Notes: a model not told the origin generated them from the sequence alone. A stretch of 64,000 nucleotides of DNA from Vicugna vicugna (GCA_013265495.1 MU058781.1:352963-416962); one strand, 5' to 3'. Counted from the first letter of the stretch, positions 49,200 to 60,895 are shown. Numbers and translations: made by a program.

Positions 49200-51960
49200 A
49201 TGTGCTTGCTGAAACTTTATTTTATTTTTTTTAACATTTTCAGCAGTCTTATTTTCTTTGTGAGGTTCAAGTTTCCATTTGATGTCATACTTCTTCTGTC
49301 TAAAGAAATTTTCTTTATTATTTGACATGTAGATTTGCTAACAATGAATTCTCTCAGCTACAGTTTGTTTGCAAAAGTCTTTATTCAGCTATATTTTTGA
49401 AAGATATGTTCACTGGGTATAGAATTCCATTAACAGGTTTTTCTTTTCTCTTTAAGTCTTTAAAAGTTATTACTTCATTATCTTCCTGGCTTATATTGTT
49501 TCCAAAGAATGTCTGCTGTAATTTTTATCTCTATTCTTTTGTATGTAATATTTTGTTTTTCTATTCCCACCTTCAGGATTTTTTTCTGCATCTTTGTATT
49601 TCAGTCTGACTATGATGTGTCTACTTGGAAGTCAAACTAAACTGTGTGCTTGTTTTGTTTTCATTCTGTTTGAAGTTTTCTGAGATTCTCTGGCATGTGA
49701 TTTAATGGTTTTCATTATTATTTTTATAAAATGCCCAACTATTTATTTCTTCAAATATTTTTTCTGCCCATTATCTCTCTTCTCCTTGTGAGACTTCAAT
49801 TTCAAGTATATGTCATTTGATATGGTGATGCAGATCTTGGCTGCTTTTTTTTTTTTTCACACTTTAAAAAAAATTTGTTTCAATTTGAAGAATTTCTGTT
49901 GACCTAACTTCAAACTCACTGAGTCTTTCTTCATCTGTGTCCATTCTGCTCCTAAGCCTGCTGAGGAATTAGTGTTGTACCTCTGATGGGGCTTTTTGAA
50001 AATGTATCGCATTTCAATGTCACCATTTCTGGCTGCTGAAATTTCCCATTTGTTCATTAGTCTTGTCCACCTTTTCCACTGGATCCTTTAGTGATAATTG
50101 CTTTAAAGCCTCTTTTAGTTAGTTCCAACATATGAGTCATCTCTGCTTCTTGTTACATAAATTGCTTTATCTCTTGAAAATAGGTTGATTTTTTCCAGAC
50201 ATTTTTGTGTATGCCTTGTAATTTTTTACTGAATGTCAAATATCACATACAGATCAGTACATTCAGAGGAAAATAGTATTTAAACCTAGGAACGCTTCCA
50301 CCTCTTCCTTTGTCAGGCAGTTAGTGTTGGGTTGAGCCCGTCTGGGTTAAGCTTTTCGTTGCTATGGTTACGTTCAGTGCACTGTGGGCTTCAAACTCCT
50401 CCAGCTCCTCAGAAGAGGGCTGTGGGCACCAAGATGTTTCTCAGGGTCTGTTTTCCCCTGCTAGCTTTCGGCTATCCCTACACACCACGGAGAGAAGTCT
50501 CTCTTCATGTCCTTGCCGCTCTCCCAGGTGGAGTGCTGAGCTGGCTACTCAGCGCTTGGCTCGTGGTGGAACTGAAGGGGTCCTTCGTTGTCCTGGGCCA
50601 GCCGCAACCTTAGGCAGGACCTGAGTGTCTGGGCGTCCAGGTGGGACATTTTTTAGTGTTCCTGCCTCTTCTCCCTATGACAGCAAAGTCTGTCTTGTAT
50701 CTATGGCTGGTGTTTTTTGAGAGACAATTCTCCGTAAGACTCTTGTGCTTCTAAACATTTTCCCAGCAGAGAGGCTGATGGCCTTTTTTATTTTTTTTTT
50801 TTTACTGGACCATCTTTTGAACAATTTTGTATATAGTGAACAACCCTGTAAGAAAGAGAGAGTGTCTTTCTCTGGAGCAGTGGGCAGATTTGTTTGCTGT
50901 CCATTATAATGAATTCTCCGTCTGGAGCAAAAGTCAGATAGGTTTGCTTTCAGTCCATTACAAAAGTTCGAAGCTTCCTAAATTGGAGTTCTTTTTCCAT
51001 AGGGCAGCCCACCTCATGTACAGGCAACACCTAATCTTCATCTTGTCACCCTACGAGAACCGGGGCTCCAAGACCTGCTGAATGAAAATGAGGCTAGTCT
51101 GACCAGCACTGCTGCCACATTAAACTGTCCTTTGTCTATGGCCTCGTAGCCTCGTGTCACTCTGCCAGCATTCCCAAAACTGCGTCAAGCTAACTTGTTA
51201 GCTTGAAAGTAGGGTAAAACCTCAGACCCTTCACAGTTTCTGAAAACCCTGGGTGGAGTTTCCTGTCCCTTTTTCTAGTGGTATCAGGCCTCAGCGTGGC
51301 ATTAGGGGAGGTCTCTAGGTCTAAGACTGTTCTGTGTCTCTCCTCCTCAGGGGTATAGGGTCCAAGCTGTCCTAAATGCAATGGGATCTTGCCTGTGTCT
51401 GAGTTCCCTCTCGCTCCCTCGGAGTCTCATTGCATTTTCTGCTCTTCCTCCCTCAGTGGCTTAAGGCATGAGCTTCGTAGGAGAGAAGTGGGCAGCGCTT
51501 ACGCCTGTATCCCCACCAGCAAGTCAGTCACTTGTTTCACTTGTGCCCCCGCCCTCTTGCCCAGTCCCCATCGTTCTCCTGAGCATCTGGTGGAGGCCCT
51601 TGGGAAAAAAATCTTGCCAGTAAGTGACACTCGCCTTGTTCCTAAGGCCCTTCGCTATTATAAGGGCCCTTGGCCCACACTTGGCCTTTAAGGAGTCATT
51701 AAATGCTTTGCTTATTTCTTCTGTGCTCACTTCTGCAGTGGTCACCTCTCTCTCTCCTGTTCCAGCTGAGGTGAGACGGTGTGTGTGTCCTGTCTCTCCT
51801 TGGATGTGTTTACGCATCTTTGACTTTGACTTACTTGGTTGCCTTGAGCAATCAGCTCTTTAACAAATTCCAGAGAAGTTATGATATTGTACACAATCTA
51901 GGTTTTTCTCCTTATTAGGTTTGGAGCAATGTTCTTTGCAGATTTCCACTCCTAGACAGA
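49200..51960 (-). mobile_element. Old L1 5'/ORF1 region, interrupted by an LTR
   Basis: 'aatgaattctctcagct', 'ttttgaaagatatgttcactgggtatagaattc', 'ttcttcaaatattttttctgccc', 'tgacctaacttcaaactcactga'. Confidence 0.75.
50735..51245 (+). mobile_element. ERVL LTR, MER76/MER77-like
   Basis: Duplicated internal motif 'tctggagca...tttgct.tccatta' and terminal 'gctaacttgttagcttgaaagtagggtaaaacctcagacccttcacagtttctga'. Confidence 0.6.
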
Positions 51961-52604
51961 CATGAAATAGACTCTAAATCATTCATCTGATGAATCTTTT
52001 CCAGGTTCTACTAACAACAAAGCCATTATACTAAGCCATGCTGTGGGCACCCAAAGATGTATAAATCGTGGTGGCAGAGTAATATTCTCACCATCGCTGC
52101 AATAGGTTGGAGGCATGCCTGCTTGTTTATGCCACTGGCAAACCTGTGATTCTATCTCAGGCCCAGCGTCTGGACTCCAAGCCTTATTCCTAAGAATGCC
52201 TTGAAACTCTAGAGATTGCTGGTTCCTTCCTCGTCTCTGTCAGATGAGTAACCTCGATCATACCACTATTTTGCCTATTAAAGGCACTCAGGGCTTCCTC
52301 TTTGTTCTTTATGTCTTTGCTCAGCTGGCCAGGTAAGAGCCAGAGGGCCTGGGGCAAACTGAAATAGAGCCCCTTAAAGGTGCTGATACAGAGGACGTAA
52401 TTCTTCCAAGCACAGTGCCTCTCGGCTATTTGATTTTTTTTTCCCCCACAAGCTTAGCAACTTCACGTTTGAAATGAGAGAGCTGAACTAAAGAACTTTC
52501 AGAGTTCTATCCAAATGACAATCTGGGACTCTTTAATTTTGCTGTCTTCAGCAAGGAAGATGAATTATGATTTAGACTTGGAAAGGAACATAGCAGGACA
52601 TACT

Positions 52605-52750
52605 CGAAACTTACTGCTGTAAAAATGAGAAAACCGAGACAAAAGAAAGTTAAATGATTTGCCCAAGGCCACACTGATATAAAATGAAAAAAAAACCAAC
52701 AAAAAAAAACCAAAACCAAAGGAGTGCAAGATTTAAGTCACTCCTCCTTG
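52605..52750 (-). mobile_element. MIR SINE
   Basis: 'aaaaatgagaaaaccgagacaaaagaaagttaaatgatttgcccaaggccacac'. Confidence 0.7.
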
Positions 52751-53490
52751 ACCACAGGCAGGCACAGGAGCGTGGCTGTCTGTACAGACCAAAGAGACTG
52801 TCACATCTTGGGTCTGTTGTCTACTTACCTCTAAAACCTAAGCCAAGCGACTCAACCCGTCTAACTTTCTATTTATCCTTTTGGGAAACAGAGGCAACCA
52901 TGAGACTCTCTTTCCCAGGGCTGAAGTGGGCATGAAGTGACATCAGTGTTGAGAGTCCTTGGCCAAGTGTTTCCAGTGAACACACAAGGGCCTTTCAAAC
53001 AGTAAAATAGTCTTTATGGTGTCATTGTATGCGCTTTCAATGAACGAGCAGGAGAGAAAGTGTCAAATCAGTATATCTTGGAAATGTTTTGAACAGAAAT
53101 ACGTTGCATTGTTTCCCAGGCCTCAGTTACATCCAGGATGGTCAGGAGTGAGTTGCAAATTTGGTTTATGTTACTATTCAGAATGAGCGTTGTTTTTTTT
53201 TAATGTCTAACTAATTACCACGCCTGTTTGCAAGCGTGCGGGAGGCGGTACTGCGCTAACGATACTGCAGTACCTTGGATAAAAGCACAGACTGCATGTG
53301 TTTGGGGGAAAAAAGAACAGAAACAGATCTGGATCCGAGCTACAAGCACAGTAACTGGAGTAGAATTCGTATTTTCTCTCCAAGGATTAGCTGTGGTAGC
53401 GAGCACTGCCAGCCTGAGTTTCTAAAGTTTATTTTCTAGCCAGTGCTATAATTTTTATTCCTGTTTATTGACCAAGAGCTGCTTCATTTA

Positions 53491-53600
53491 CGGAACCAAC
53501 CGCGCGGCCCTGGGCCCCGGACGTAATGCCCGCCGCTCGCCCATAGATGGCAGCATCTCACAAACAACGCCGGCGCGGGGACCGGGGGCCCTCCCCACTC
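53491..53600. promoter_or_regulatory. Small CpG-rich patch with CTCF/YY1-like motif
   Basis: Dense CpGs in AT-rich surroundings; 'tcgcccatagatggcagca' (53537-53555) fits the CTCF core CCASYAGRKGGCRSY with 2 mismatches. Confidence 0.45.
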
Positions 53601-55342
53601 CTCCCTTGCAAAGACAGCACAGCTCCCTAATCTGTTGACAGGATTAAGGACCCCTGTTGTTTTACAGGAAGTAAATAAACCCTTATGGTATTCTGGAAAT
53701 CTCAGAAGTATATGAGAGTAGTAAGAAACTGTTTATTCTAGGATAAAGGTATCGAATGAATATTTACAGCATTTAAAACCATCGCCTGAGATTGATGTGG
53801 ACTAGTGTTAAAAACCCAGCCTGTCTGCATTATCTAGTTTGGAATATTTGTTAAAACTCTTGCACAGGAGGTTGACGCCCTGAGTACAGACTTTTTTGCC
53901 ACTATGAGCTGGCAGGGACCTCAAAAGCTGGCAGACGGTGACATTTTCTTTCTAACTTCAGATGAAGTGTTCAGAAATTATCTACTGTGTATGCAAATCA
54001 TTCTGCAAAACCTACACCGCAGGATACTATAAACAAAAGGAACGCGATGGGTGAAATAAAAGATACAAAAATAGAAGGTAAATACTATCCGAGTGGGTAT
54101 GTTTAAGCAAAAGGTAATCTTTGACTTTAGAATCCACTGAAATTCTCAATTTTAGATAAAGCATTCACTATAAATCTGGAATATTGATGCTGTATTAAAT
54201 GCTCTTAGTATTCTTAAATATGTCTCTTAAATAATTAAAAAATGACAATGACACAGAGCAGTCATCTAAATCCATCAGTGAGATACACCCAGCGATTGAT
54301 TCAATGATTCTATTCAGGATTTCCACTGCCCTAGGGTGCACTATTTTTTTTTTCCCTCCTAATTTTTCCTGCAACTTCCTTTACTCAATATGTTTCAAGA
54401 GGCTGATGATTTTTTTAAAGGCACATTTGATTTGTGGTCATAATGCATTACTAACTAAATACATTTTCCCCACTTGGAGCTGCAACACAAACATTTTCAT
54501 ATATATAAGACAAAGATTTCCAAAAAGAAAATAAAAATCGTCTTGTAAGTGATAGGCTCTAATAAAAAGTCTGGTCTTTAGCAGTGCAACTAATCTGGAA
54601 AGACCTCACCAGGCCCTAGATACAATTTTTCTTTTAAATTCAAGTGTTTCAATTGAAATGCTGACTGTCATTGCTACTCTTATTTTTATGAAGAGTAATT
54701 GGATAAATCGATCTTCATAACCAACGAAACTTAGGCTCAAGTGTTAGCTATAATACTTATTCTGCCTCAGTTGGACGTCTCCATTGTTTTGGTCTTCAGT
54801 TGCCACCTGGGTAAAATGTGAAAATAATTATTTTATGTGAAACAGAGTGTTTTACGTAAGTGGTAGTAAGTGGTGGTAAGTAACTATCGTTTGTATAAAT
54901 CTAACACTGAACATTTGCATGAGTAACGATCCAGGAGGGGCGTCAGCAACTGGATACAAAGGGCAGATTCCTCTTGCGTATCACTCCCCACGCTTCACGT
55001 CACATGACTGTGTAGCTGCACTTTGCGACTGAAGCTGTCGATACCTGGTCAGTGCGTGTGGTCCAGCCCGGATGTCGCCCATCAAGTGTATTAAGCTTGA
55101 CAGGATTCATTTAGCAGCCAAGTGTAGTGAGAGCGTTGCCCACTACTGTAGCATTATAACATAATTCAATAATATGCAATAGCAGTGGTAAGAAGGTGAT
55201 GAAATGATGAAAACCTGGCCAGTAATTGCTTTTTCTTCTTTTTTTTGGTTTCTGATAAATCCTTTTGATGCTTTAAATTTTGATGCTTGAAATTATAGAA
55301 GAGAATCAAATGCCGATCTAAAATAAGACACTCTGCAGTGCC

Positions 55343-56560
55343 TTGTTGTTGTTGTTGTTGTGGTAAGAACACATAACATGAGGTCTACCCCGTACACTGA
55401 AGTGTACGGTAGTTCTGTTAACTCTAGGGACAATGTCGGACAGCAAATCTCTAGAACTTCTTCGTCTTGCTGAAATGAAACTTTATACCCCCTGAACACC
55501 AACTCCTTATTTCCCTCGCCCCCAGGCTCTGGCAACCATCACTCCACTTTCTGCTTCTGTGAGTTTGACTATTTTAGATAACCCAAATAAGTGGAACCAT
55601 GCAATATTTGTTTTTTGGTGATTGGCTTATTTCACTTAGCGTAATGCCCTCACGTTTCATCCGTGTTGTCACGTGTTGCAGGATCTCCTTTGTTTATAAG
55701 GCTGATACTCTGTTGTACATGTACACCCCATTTTCTTTTGTCCATTCAGCTGTTGATGGAATTTAGTTTTTTCCCACGTCTTGGCTATTGTGAATAATGC
55801 TGCAATGAACATGTAAGTATGCAAATATGTGTCTGAGATCCTGATTTCAATTCTTTTGGATACGAACCCTAAAGTGGAATTGCTGGATCACATAGTAGCT
55901 CTATTTTTTAAAATTTTTTGAGGAACCTCCATACTGTTTTCCATTCTGGCTGCACCATTTTACACTCCCACCAACAGTGTTCAAGGGTTCTAATTTTTAT
56001 ACAACCTCACCAACACTTGCTTTTGGCTTGCTTGTTGGCTTTTTGTTGTATTTTGTTCTTTTTAGAATGACCATCCTAACAGGTGTGAAGTGATATCTCA
56101 TTGTGGTCATGATTGCTTTTTTCTGCTGATTAATGATTGTGAGCATCTTTTCATATATCTTTTTATTTATCGGTTGGCCATTTGCACGTCTTCTTTGGAG
56201 AAATATCTGTTCAAGTCCTCTGATCATTTTAAATTATGCATTTGTTTTGTTTTTTTGCTATTGAGTTTTAGGAGTTCCTGATATATTTTGGTATTAGCCT
56301 CTTTTCAGAGATATTATTTGCAAATATTTTCTCCTAGTCACTCTGTGGATTGTTTGCTATGCAGAAGCGTTTTGGTTTGATATAATCCCACTTGTCTATA
56401 TTTGCTTTTGTGGCCTGTGCTTTTGATGTTATATTTTAGAAATCATTGCCAAGACCAGTGTCAGAAAGCTTTTCCCTTATGTTGTCTTCCAAGAGTTTTT
56501 ACGGTTTCAGGTCTATGTTTAAGACTTTAATCCATTTTTTTGTTGATTTTTGTGCATACA
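55343..56560 (-). mobile_element. L1MA10/L1MB-like 3'UTR plus ORF2 end
   Basis: 'gtaagaacacataacatgaggtctaccc', 'cagcaaatctctagaact', 'ctggcaaccatcactccactttctgcttctgtgagtttgacta', 'ttctttggagaaatatctgttcaagtcct', 'aaatcattgccaagacca'. Confidence 0.9.
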
Positions 56561-57559
56561 GTGCATTTTTTCAAGTCACCATTTTGTTTTAAATTCTATA
56601 TAGTAATCAATCTTACATGTGCAAGAAATCAATACACACCCTCCTTTTTAAATCATCTCTCTTGACTTCTGAAATATATGTAATTAAAAATTTGTTTCAA
56701 TAGCTATAAATAATTGTGGCTGTTGTTAAAGCAGTCATCAGTAGTTTGAATTGCCTCTTTGAAATCATATGATTCCATATAAATATGTGATATGGACCAA
56801 TATCTTTGAAGAAGTAGTATATTTTGCCAAGAGTAGGAAGCCAAAGATTTGCCTAAAGTTTTATAAAGACACCAAAGATACACTTTTAGGGCATCATGTA
56901 ATTTTTACAGCAAACCAAATTAAAATGTAATTGTAAGGACCATTAACAAACATTGAATTGAATATGCTTTCGTTTTTCACCTTTTTCTAGGTCTTTGTGT
57001 CAGTGTATTAAAAATCAGAAGACAAAATCCTTTTTTTTCAGCCTGAAAAATGAGGTCACCATAAACAATCGTCTGTACCTCTGTTACCCTGTCTCAGCTG
57101 GTTAGAGTCTTACTGCGGGGCCAGGGCCAGCCCTCTCCGCGACATGGGCCTGTTACCGTGCCTGCTTCCAGGTCAGCCCCTTGGCTTAGAAATACTGCTG
57201 ATGCCGCCCTCATTTCTAGCATACACTAGACATTCGGGCGGCTTCATTATTTCAGGTACCTGCGTAGGTTTTCCCTTTGGTAGTAAACACAACTTGACAT
57301 CTTATGTTTTCCTATCTAACATCTCCGGCATCTCTCCCTTCCTTTCAGTTCCCACCGTCCCCAGCGCATCACCTCACATTAGGTTGCACTTCAGAACTAA
57401 CTGGGCCCTGTTTCTGGTGTCGCTGCCTTTTAATGTCACCAGGAAACCATCCTAAAAATCTCGTCTTAAGAGCCATCAGCTGCCAATCCTCCCAAACCCC
57501 TCTGCCGGATTTTCAGGACGGGGATCCAACCGTGTCTTATTTCCCCAGTCTGATTTCCC

Positions 57560-58090
57560 CCTGCGTCCCAGCCTGAGCGCTGCGGCTCAGCCCGGCTCCT
57601 CGCGGCCTGAGCGCAAGACGCGCGCTCCTCTGCGCCACGTCCGGGGAGGCGTTCTCTTCCCCCTCCGGGGGCTGTAGGCATCCCCCCCTGCCTTCCAGTG
57701 CCACTCCGAGCTGCTCCCTGTGGTCTTCCCGGTTGGAACACAGCCGGGTTGTGGAAAGGGCTCGGTAACTTCGGAGCCTGAGTGAATCCAACGGCCCCTC
57801 TGCCCGGGATGCTGTCTCTGATTATTCCAGCGCCCAGGGGCCCTGCGTCTCCCTGGGGCCACACTTCTCTTGCTTCCTTTATGCTCATCGGTAGACCGAT
57901 CAACCGCTATTCTTTCCCACCGGACTGCAGGCGCCCACACTGCTTCGGAAACACGAGGACGCGTGGCAGCCTGTCGGTTCGCGCTGCTCCCCGTCTGCAC
58001 TGCAGCGGCGCCAGGCCTGCGCCGCAGAGCGGGTTCCCCGGCGCGGAGGGTCGGCGCGCCCGCATTCAATGCAGCCCCGCTGCGTGCTTG
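57560..58090. promoter_or_regulatory. CpG island (about 0.5 kb), apparently within an L2 3' region
   Basis: The most GC/CpG-dense stretch in the window (e.g. 'gcgcaagacgcgcgctcc', 'ggcgcggagggtcggcgcgcccgc'). The overlapping ORFs are what GC-rich DNA produces by chance. Confidence 0.7.
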
Positions 58091-58684
58091 AATCCTGTCT
58101 CTCTTGAAAACTAGTTCTGTGACCTTAGCTTCTCTCACTCATATCTTCATTTAAGATATTTAAAAAGTCTGTCTCACAGAGCACAAAGATTAAATAAAAC
58201 CAAGTGTGCAGCAGGTAGACTATTCCTTGCAAGCATCCGCACACGGCAGTTACTACTACTCCTGCCGTGTGGTGTTTTTGTTATTGTTGGAGCTCCACCT
58301 ATGATCCCCGGTTTTACTGCAAACGAATGACCATGTTGGGTTTTAACAATTTTAATGTATTTTGAGAAAGGGCTCGGCTGTTGTAAGAACAGGGTAAGGG
58401 TAATTTGAAAATTACTTAGCTCTGTTGTCCCTGAAGAATGTATTTGCTCTGTTTTTGCTTCAGTTTCATTCTCCACCAAATGACAATTCGTATACCCGCA
58501 TCATAGCGATAATGCAGGAAAGTGGTTAGTTTTGAAATTTTAACCATTTTGACAGTCCAAAGTGCTATAGCTCAGCATGAAATGTTTTAACAAAAGCTTA
58601 CCTCATATAGAGACATGGCAGTCCTCGTCAAAGTAGCATTATTTAAAACCTGCGTCCTATGGTCTCCTATCGGCCGTCGTCCCG

Positions 58685-58860
58685 AGCTCTGGGATGAGAC
58701 TGACTTGTGTTTGAATCCGGGCTCTGCACCTGCATTGGGGCAGCTTACCTGCTATGTTCTGTATCAGTTTCCTCACCTGTAAAATTGGGGTATAAACTTT
58801 CTTCTGTACGTTTGTTTTAGAGCATACCTGTACATGTTAACACTCAGTAAGTAACAATGC
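58685..58860 (+). mobile_element. MIR SINE
   Basis: 'tgtgtttgaatccgggctctgc...tcagtttcctcacctgtaaaattgggg'. Confidence 0.75.
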
Positions 58861-59549
58861 TGAATTTGTTGTAACAAAATATTATGTAATAAATATATTT
58901 GTGTAAATGATAAATAAATATTCTTATAATAAATTTAAAAAAAAACTGTGTTTTGAAGACAAGTCAACATGTGGAGACAACAACGACTTACTGATCACAT
59001 GGACTTTGCCATCTTGGACTATGCTCAGATTTAGGCACAGTGAGAGGATTTGAAAGTCATTCAACAAACACATATTGAATATTACATGTCTACTACCCAT
59101 CCGGCCTTTTTCTAGTCATGCTGGTAGGGTCAACAAAACACAACTTCCTCCCTCAAAGAGCTTATAGCCCGTTGGTGGCAAAAATGTATACAAAATGTAT
59201 AAATGATATTACAGTTTACTTTGAATCAAACTATCAAAACTTGAACCTTAAAATAAACTAGCCAAGAATAGCAAATTTAAATAAAGGTCTAAGGTAATCA
59301 ACTACAAAGATGTCCTAAGGGAGTGATAATGAGTTGCCAAGTGCATGTTATAGACACGTCTCCAAGACGTTTTAAGGCAGGGCAATCACTTTATATGAGT
59401 TATAAACAATAAATATGTTTATGAGAAGTTTTCCCCAAACTAACTTCACTCTGAATTCAATTCATGGACTGATTTATGCCTTCTGTGCACAAAAAAGGTG
59501 GGGTGGCCTGGAATCATGTCAGTCACCAGTCTTTTTTTGCACACTTAAT

Positions 59550-59790
59550 AAACGTCAATGATTTGCATGATTTTATTCTGATAGAGAAGCCTTAAAAACG
59601 CACACCACCGTTTCCCAAACTCTAGAAAGCACAACTTCCCGACTCCGAGGTCAAGGTGAAGGTCTGTGAGGTCAAACACGATCCTTTGGCTGCTCCACTC
59701 GCTTTTCCACGGAGGCCTCGGATCTGCCCTCTCAGAGCAGAGTGCGCGCAGAGGCCAACTTCGCCCTGCTGACGTCAGCAGACAGGGTTC
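59550..59790. promoter_or_regulatory. Motif-dense candidate promoter/enhancer
   Basis: Octamer ATTTGCAT (59561-59568); four AGGTCA-type half-sites (59648-59674); perfect palindrome CTGCTGACGTCAGCAG (59766-59781) containing CRE and C-MARE; locally raised CpG. Confidence 0.55.
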
Positions 59791-60034
59791 CTTCTTGTCG
59801 CTAAGTGAAAGCTTATGATCAGGAAGGAGGGTTTTTTTTCTGGGTGTCTTTTGTGGCATTTCCTATCTCGCCTTTCATCTATAATGAAACAGCATTTAAA
59901 AGAAGCTGGCATGTGAGCTGAGATCAGAACGGAGTCTTTATTTCACATGGAGACAGAGCTGCTGTTCTGGGTTGCTTTTGCCTTTTATTTTGTTTTGACA
60001 CCGTTGTCAAAACGTTTAACTCTTCCTTTCCCAG

Positions 60035-60097
60035 GACTTGTCATTTGTGGAAGGAGAAGGCCACGGAATTCGACTGGCGTTATTGAACACAGATCTG
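60035..60097 (+). other. Candidate exon (63 nt), unassigned
   Basis: Branch-like 'tttaac' plus 'tcttcctttcccag|GACTTG...GATCTG|gttaag'; strong acceptor, weak donor. Confidence 0.2.
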
Positions 60098-60568
60098 GTT
60101 AAGCAGACTCGGTGTTATTATGAGATAAGAAGATCATGCAGAAATAAACGTCTTGACATCTTACTTCCTTTTTACAGGGTAGCTCAGATGCAAACCACAT
60201 GAGTCAGACCTATTGATTTAGAAATAGGAAACATGACAAATCACTGTTTTTCTAAACGTGAAACCAAAGAAATTGTACGTTTCCTGAAGGATTACACACT
60301 GGAGCTGTTCTAGACAAGCTGTGGATCTTCAGAGCCCATCTTATGGCTTTGGAGGCTGTTAAACCAGAGCTTGGCAAGTTTCTACTGGGTCAAGGCATCC
60401 AGGTCAAAGGAAACAGGGCCAAACCAGGGTGCTTGTCCTACGGGGTGAAGTGACTAAATCAAGCTAAGCCAGAATCCTCAGAAGGGAAAAGTGCGCTCAG
60501 GGAACCATCTGTGAGTAATAGGACATAGATGATGACTGAGACGACGCAGAAGAGCAAGTTTCTTACAG

Positions 60569-60702
60569 CGAGATCACAGGGAGCCATGTCAGCGTCCTGG
60601 TTCCCTTCCACACATGAACGCAAGACCAGGAGGAGTCGGCAGTTGGGCTGAGGAGAAAATCGCAAAGAACGCTGAGTGCAAATGCTTCACTTCTGAGCTC
60701 AG
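60569..60702 (+). other. Candidate exon (134 nt), unassigned
   Basis: 'gtttcttacag|CGAGAT...CTCAG|gtgagt'; consensus donor; frame 0 is open but not recognised. Confidence 0.25.
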
Positions 60703-60836
60703 GTGAGTTCAGAGAGGTCAACAGTTACTGGCTTGAATTCAGAAGTGGAATAAACTTGGTCCTAAGAACAAGGGTGATGACAAGTAACCCAATTTAACAA
60801 TTTTGAAGAGACGGTTAGAGCCGTTTCTTGACTTAC

Positions 60837-60895
60837 CTCTGATGTAATTTCTGGGATGTTCATTAAAGTCCCAAGTGCTTAATGACATAATGCAG
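60837..60895 (-). other. Candidate exon (59 nt), unassigned
   Basis: Minus strand 'cttttctttctgttacag|CTGCAT...TCAGAG|gtaagt'; both sites are near-perfect consensus. Confidence 0.35.

Noticed and set aside
51185..51206. Hairpin TCAAGCTAAC-tt-GTTAGCTTGA
   Set aside because: As I recall, it is mostly part of the MER76-like LTR consensus, so it is not locus-specific.
57466..58138. Longest ORFs (183 aa and 145 aa, minus; 110 aa, plus)
   Set aside because: Overlapping Ala/Arg/Gly/Pro-rich ORFs in several frames are expected from stop-codon scarcity in a CpG island; no recognisable domain.
58602..58690. Minus-strand exon candidate ending GAG|gtaagc
   Set aside because: The acceptor lacks a pyrimidine tract or falls in the adjacent MIR.
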